Source: Candidatus Thalassarchaeum sp. (GTDB lineage Archaea > Thermoplasmatota > Poseidoniia > Poseidoniales > Thalassarchaeaceae). From it: a stretch of DNA of 42,729 nt. Below, in pieces: positions 39,800-42,729 of this stretch; within the stretch, counting starts at the first letter, position 1; every line of letters starts with the position of its first letter. The translations under genes were made by a program, and so were the position numbers. The stretch spans positions 1-42,729 of the forward strand of contig JAKUOE010000002.1 of NCBI GenBank assembly GCA_022449845.1. Reading direction: 5' to 3'. Under the pieces are notes generated by a model, which was not told the origin of the DNA, made no database searches, and worked only from the letters and a program-made list of their open reading frames with translations.

Positions 39800-41635
39800 A
39801 TGACCTCAATGCGATACCAAGCAATCATGAGAACCGGACGCGCACTCGCTCTCCTGCTGGCAACATCGATGCTAATCTGCATGATTCCCATGTCGAATGC
39901 AGGTTCTGCACCCACCAATGGTGGAATTTACAATGTTTCCACAGATGAAACGTGGAACATGGGGTCTGAACTGGATGCAATCGTCACAGTCGAGGCGGGG
40001 GCGACGCTGACCATAGCCACCGATTACACGTTGCCCGCGGGCGCGAGCATTACGGTTGAACAAGGCGGAACACTGCGAGTGGAGGAAGGATCCTTGACCG
40101 GCGCAGATTTTGCACAGGCAGTTCGAATGATTCCGAACGAACCGACGAGCCTGCTGGCTCATTCAAGCGTTGCATCGGGTGCCTTTTCACTTCGAATTGT
40201 CGCCCCATCTGGGAACAATATGTCGGGTTGGTCCGTGTCTTGGGATGACATTCCTGCTCAAGATATGACAGGCGATGAACATGTGATTAATTTCTCTTCA
40301 CCCAAGGCCGATTTCCGCCTTGATTTTGCCCTAAATCCAGGCAGTTTCACCGACCTTGTCATCGACCATCTTGAAATTGATGATGGAGGAAGTGTGACCT
40401 CAACACCCGCTTATCTTGCCGATCCATTCAATTGTTTCATCGCGGCAGAACAAGGTTCTTCATTCCCACTCACCATTGATGGTAGTGCTCATTTTGAGAA
40501 CAGTGCAATTACCGGAGCAGATGTGATGATTACAGGTGCGGTCACAACCACGAATGCAGATTTCATGGCCAGTGGACCCTTGAATGTGCGTGGTGAAGGG
40601 AGCAGTTTGATGATGACAGGTGGTACTGTCAAGATGTCAGCGGCGGATCACGACGTCAATGGTGATGGATTGGCCAGCCTAGGTCTTGGGAACGCGTTTG
40701 GAGTTGAAGGCACAGGTGGACTGATTGATTTGTGGGAGAGGAATATCGAGCAACAAGAAATTCACATCCCAATCGGCTCGACCTGTACGGGTGGATATTG
40801 CGTAGAGTATGCCATCCACAACATTGGACCCGGCGAAGGAACAATCGAGAGGTTCAACGTAGAGGGGGTCGCTCTCGTGCCCGCGAGAACTGTTGAAATC
40901 GGCACATGTGATGGCGCAAATTGTACAGTTTGGAGTGAAGGTGCGACCATCGAGGTCACGAATTTCCGCACGGCATGGAATCTCGACTCGAACATGAATT
41001 CTTGGAGCCGGGCGACGTTCGTACCCCTGCCTTGGGATGTATCGACATTTGAGATTCTTCCATATCTCGACCATCCGGTCATCTCGGTCGATTCAGTCAA
41101 CATTCCTGATGAGACTGGGAGTGCCGGTAGTTCCATCCCAGTCGAAGTCACAGTCACCAACTCAGGGACTGAGGGGGCAGCGATTTTCATGCGTTGCAAT
41201 ATTGCAGGCACCGACTCGTATGCTGACATGACGCCGGTGTATTCGGCCATGTTGTTGGACGCAGGAGAGACCGAAACCCTCGATGCAAACTGGACGTACC
41301 ACACCGAGGGAGAAGTTGGACTGGACTGTTACGTCGAAGAGCCCTTCCAATTCATGGACGCAACCCCGTTCATCAGCAAGGGAGCTGCGAACAGCACGCG
41401 CGGAGGCAGTGAGATTGTGACGGTCGCCTGGGAGTCAACCAACGAAGAGTCGGGCTCGATTATCATCATGCTCGTAGCCCTAGGCCTGAGCGTCATCATC
41501 GGATTGGGTGTCGCCATTCGATTCGCGGCCGTTGATACTCAATCCGATGGCAGAGAGATTCAGCACGAAGTCGATGAAGAAGATGGACGAGGGGATCGCT
41601 TCGCAGAGATGTTAGACGAAGATGGCGAGTCCTAA
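39800..41635 (+). CDS. Membrane-anchored surface protein (611 aa): signal peptide, beta-helix-like N-terminal region, CARDB-like module, C-terminal TM and acidic tail
   Basis: Signal-like MRTGRALALLLATSMLICMIPMSNAGS (alternative ATG at 39827). 'VTVEAGATLTIATDYTLPAGASITVEQGGTLRV' parallels the N-terminus of the 22109..26473 protein. 'SSIPVEVTVTNSGTEGAAIFMRCNI...ETETLDANW' is CARDB-like. TM SIIIMLVALGLSVIIGLGVAIRF is followed by a D/E-rich tail. Confidence 0.7.
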   Translation: MTSMRYQAIMRTGRALALLLATSMLICMIPMSNAGSAPTNGGIYNVSTDETWNMGSELDAIVTVEAGATLTIATDYTLPAGASITVEQGGTLRVEEGSLTGADFAQAVRMIPNEPTSLLAHSSVASGAFSLRIVAPSGNNMSGWSVSWDDIPAQDMTGDEHVINFSSPKADFRLDFALNPGSFTDLVIDHLEIDDGGSVTSTPAYLADPFNCFIAAEQGSSFPLTIDGSAHFENSAITGADVMITGAVTTTNADFMASGPLNVRGEGSSLMMTGGTVKMSAADHDVNGDGLASLGLGNAFGVEGTGGLIDLWERNIEQQEIHIPIGSTCTGGYCVEYAIHNIGPGEGTIERFNVEGVALVPARTVEIGTCDGANCTVWSEGATIEVTNFRTAWNLDSNMNSWSRATFVPLPWDVSTFEILPYLDHPVISVDSVNIPDETGSAGSSIPVEVTVTNSGTEGAAIFMRCNIAGTDSYADMTPVYSAMLLDAGETETLDANWTYHTEGEVGLDCYVEEPFQFMDATPFISKGAANSTRGGSEIVTVAWESTNEESGSIIIMLVALGLSVIIGLGVAIRFAAVDTQSDGREIQHEVDEEDGRGDRFAEMLDEDGES

Positions 41636-41719
41636 TCAGCACGAGGCAACGGCTTCGAAGGTCTCCCAATCTGTATCCTCATCAAGACCCTCACCATCCT
41701 GATGATGGTCTTCGTAAAG

Positions 41720-42729
41720 CTAGAATGCAGGGGGCATGGTGTATCCTGTTCCGCCTGCCGCATCTGGTCCAGATTGGATGACGTTGAAATCGAGGCGATA
41801 GCAACCGTAGTCATCCAGTGCGGTATCTCTGTCAAAATACCATCTACCAACGTTGTCTTGTTCTTCGCCTTCGATACTAAACGCGGTCGTTCTCTCACCG
41901 ATTGTAGAGATGCCTGTGCCAAAATTACCAGAATCCCATGTTGCGTGTGTTCCAACGACTGAGATGGTTGGATAATCAACCATCAGGGAGTCACCATCAA
42001 CGTATGTGAAATCAATGTCAATACTGTAATCGCCTCGGACTGCACCTGGGACTGAGTTTGAATCTTGAGACTCTGAAGAGATACCCACCCAGCCAGTCAT
42101 ATACAGACGTTGGACGCAACTATCATGGCCACCTGGACAGTTTTCACCGTCCTCCCATGGATCGATGAAGACGTCGACGTCATTGACAGTGCGTGTCATG
42201 TTGAGCGAGGGCAGGAACGCGGAAATCGAGTCCGAGCCTGCAATACTGGCCACAACTTCGTACTTATGTTCAGACAATTGTGGTGTGTTGTCTGTACTAC
42301 CAGTGACATAGTTTGCATTTCCTGAATAAAAATCGTCGACATCGAGAGTGAAAGAACCAATTTCTCCACCTTGGCTACTCTCAGACATGGTGACACTGAT
42401 GGTTCCACTCCATACTGATGTACCATCATACAGAACTTCGACATCGACATCACCGGATCCGAAACTACCACTAAACAGACCAGGGGTGTATCGCATCTCC
42501 AAAAGCACTGAATCTGATGCTTCATCGTATGTGACTTCGGTGAGCGTTGTTTGTCCACCAAAATCCATTGCTCCAACGTATGGCGCCCCGCCCAGTAGGA
42601 GGGATTCCACCACCAAGGCCGTTATCTGGAGAGGGTTGGGTTTGATGCCCCCATTGCGTTCGTTTTTGACGTGCATCCATGCAGCGCCAAACGATGCAAA
42701 GAAAATAACCAAGACAACGAAGCCAGAGA
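41720..42729 (-). CDS. Hypothetical N-terminally anchored extracellular protein; the 5' end probably lies beyond the window end
   Basis: The track start at 42712 is a TTG inside a hydrophobic helix. The frame stays open to 42729 (..SGFVVLVIFFASFGAAWM..), so the gene is likely truncated by the window. The rest is Ser/Thr/Gly/Asp-rich and beta-strand-like. No family recognised. Confidence 0.5.
   Translation of the reverse strand, partial: SGFVVLVIFFASFGAAWMHVKNERNGGIKPNPLQITALVVESLLLGGAPYVGAMDFGGQTTLTEVTYDEASDSVLLEMRYTPGLFSGSFGSGDVDVEVLYDGTSVWSGTISVTMSESSQGGEIGSFTLDVDDFYSGNANYVTGSTDNTPQLSEHKYEVVASIAGSDSISAFLPSLNMTRTVNDVDVFIDPWEDGENCPGGHDSCVQRLYMTGWVGISSESQDSNSVPGAVRGDYSIDIDFTYVDGDSLMVDYPTISVVGTHATWDSGNFGTGISTIGERTTAFSIEGEEQDNVGRWYFDRDTALDDYGCYRLDFNVIQSGPDAAGGTGYTMPPAF

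Noticed and set aside
41632-41979. 115-aa minus-strand ORF overlapping the 3' end of the 41720..42729 gene and the convergent spacer
   Set aside because: It is out of frame with the longer ORF and has no recognisable features. It would overlap the stop of the plus-strand 39800..41635 gene. It is likely spurious.

Overview
The window reads as a compact archaeal chromosome segment. The evidence is CDP-archaeol synthase, an AglB/STT3 oligosaccharyltransferase, three proteins with class III (archaeal type IV pilin) signal peptides, and Shine-Dalgarno-like GGAGGTGA fragments ahead of several starts. The acidic proteome and giant adhesin-like ORFs suggest a marine planktonic euryarchaeon of Marine Group II/III type, but that lineage call is inference only. 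I found no rRNA, tRNA, CRISPR array or mobile element. Housekeeping genes sit at the edges: a partial GT2 glycosyltransferase, a UPF0201-like protein, pyroglutamyl peptidase, purD and carS. About 59% of the window (25,257 of 42,729 nt) is four giant minus-strand ORFs for cell-surface proteins. The first is an 1838-aa membrane-anchored protein whose cytoplasmic tail carries a perfect EF-hand loop. The second is an 1898-aa protein with about two dozen thrombospondin-type-3-like Ca-binding repeats and a beta-propeller-like insert. The third is a ~1454-aa beta-helix/Ig-like adhesin. The fourth is a ~3225-aa ORF whose core has every diagnostic AglB/STT3 motif, flanked by a ~390-aa polytopic N-terminal extension and a ~1700-aa sequon-dense ectodomain ending in a second membrane anchor. 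Between these lie a membrane-anchored S8 subtilase, a wHTH/P-loop/TPR STAND-type NTPase, an MBL-fold hydrolase and a translationally coupled trio of pilin-like genes with no assembly ATPase in view. Two intergenic stem-loops share the core GCCCC-UUA-GGGGC, and one of them abuts the subtilase start codon. The most unusual candidate is the surface-coat module around the giant AglB: OST, protease, adhesins, STAND regulator and orphan pilins. All family calls come from motif recognition by eye, not from searches.
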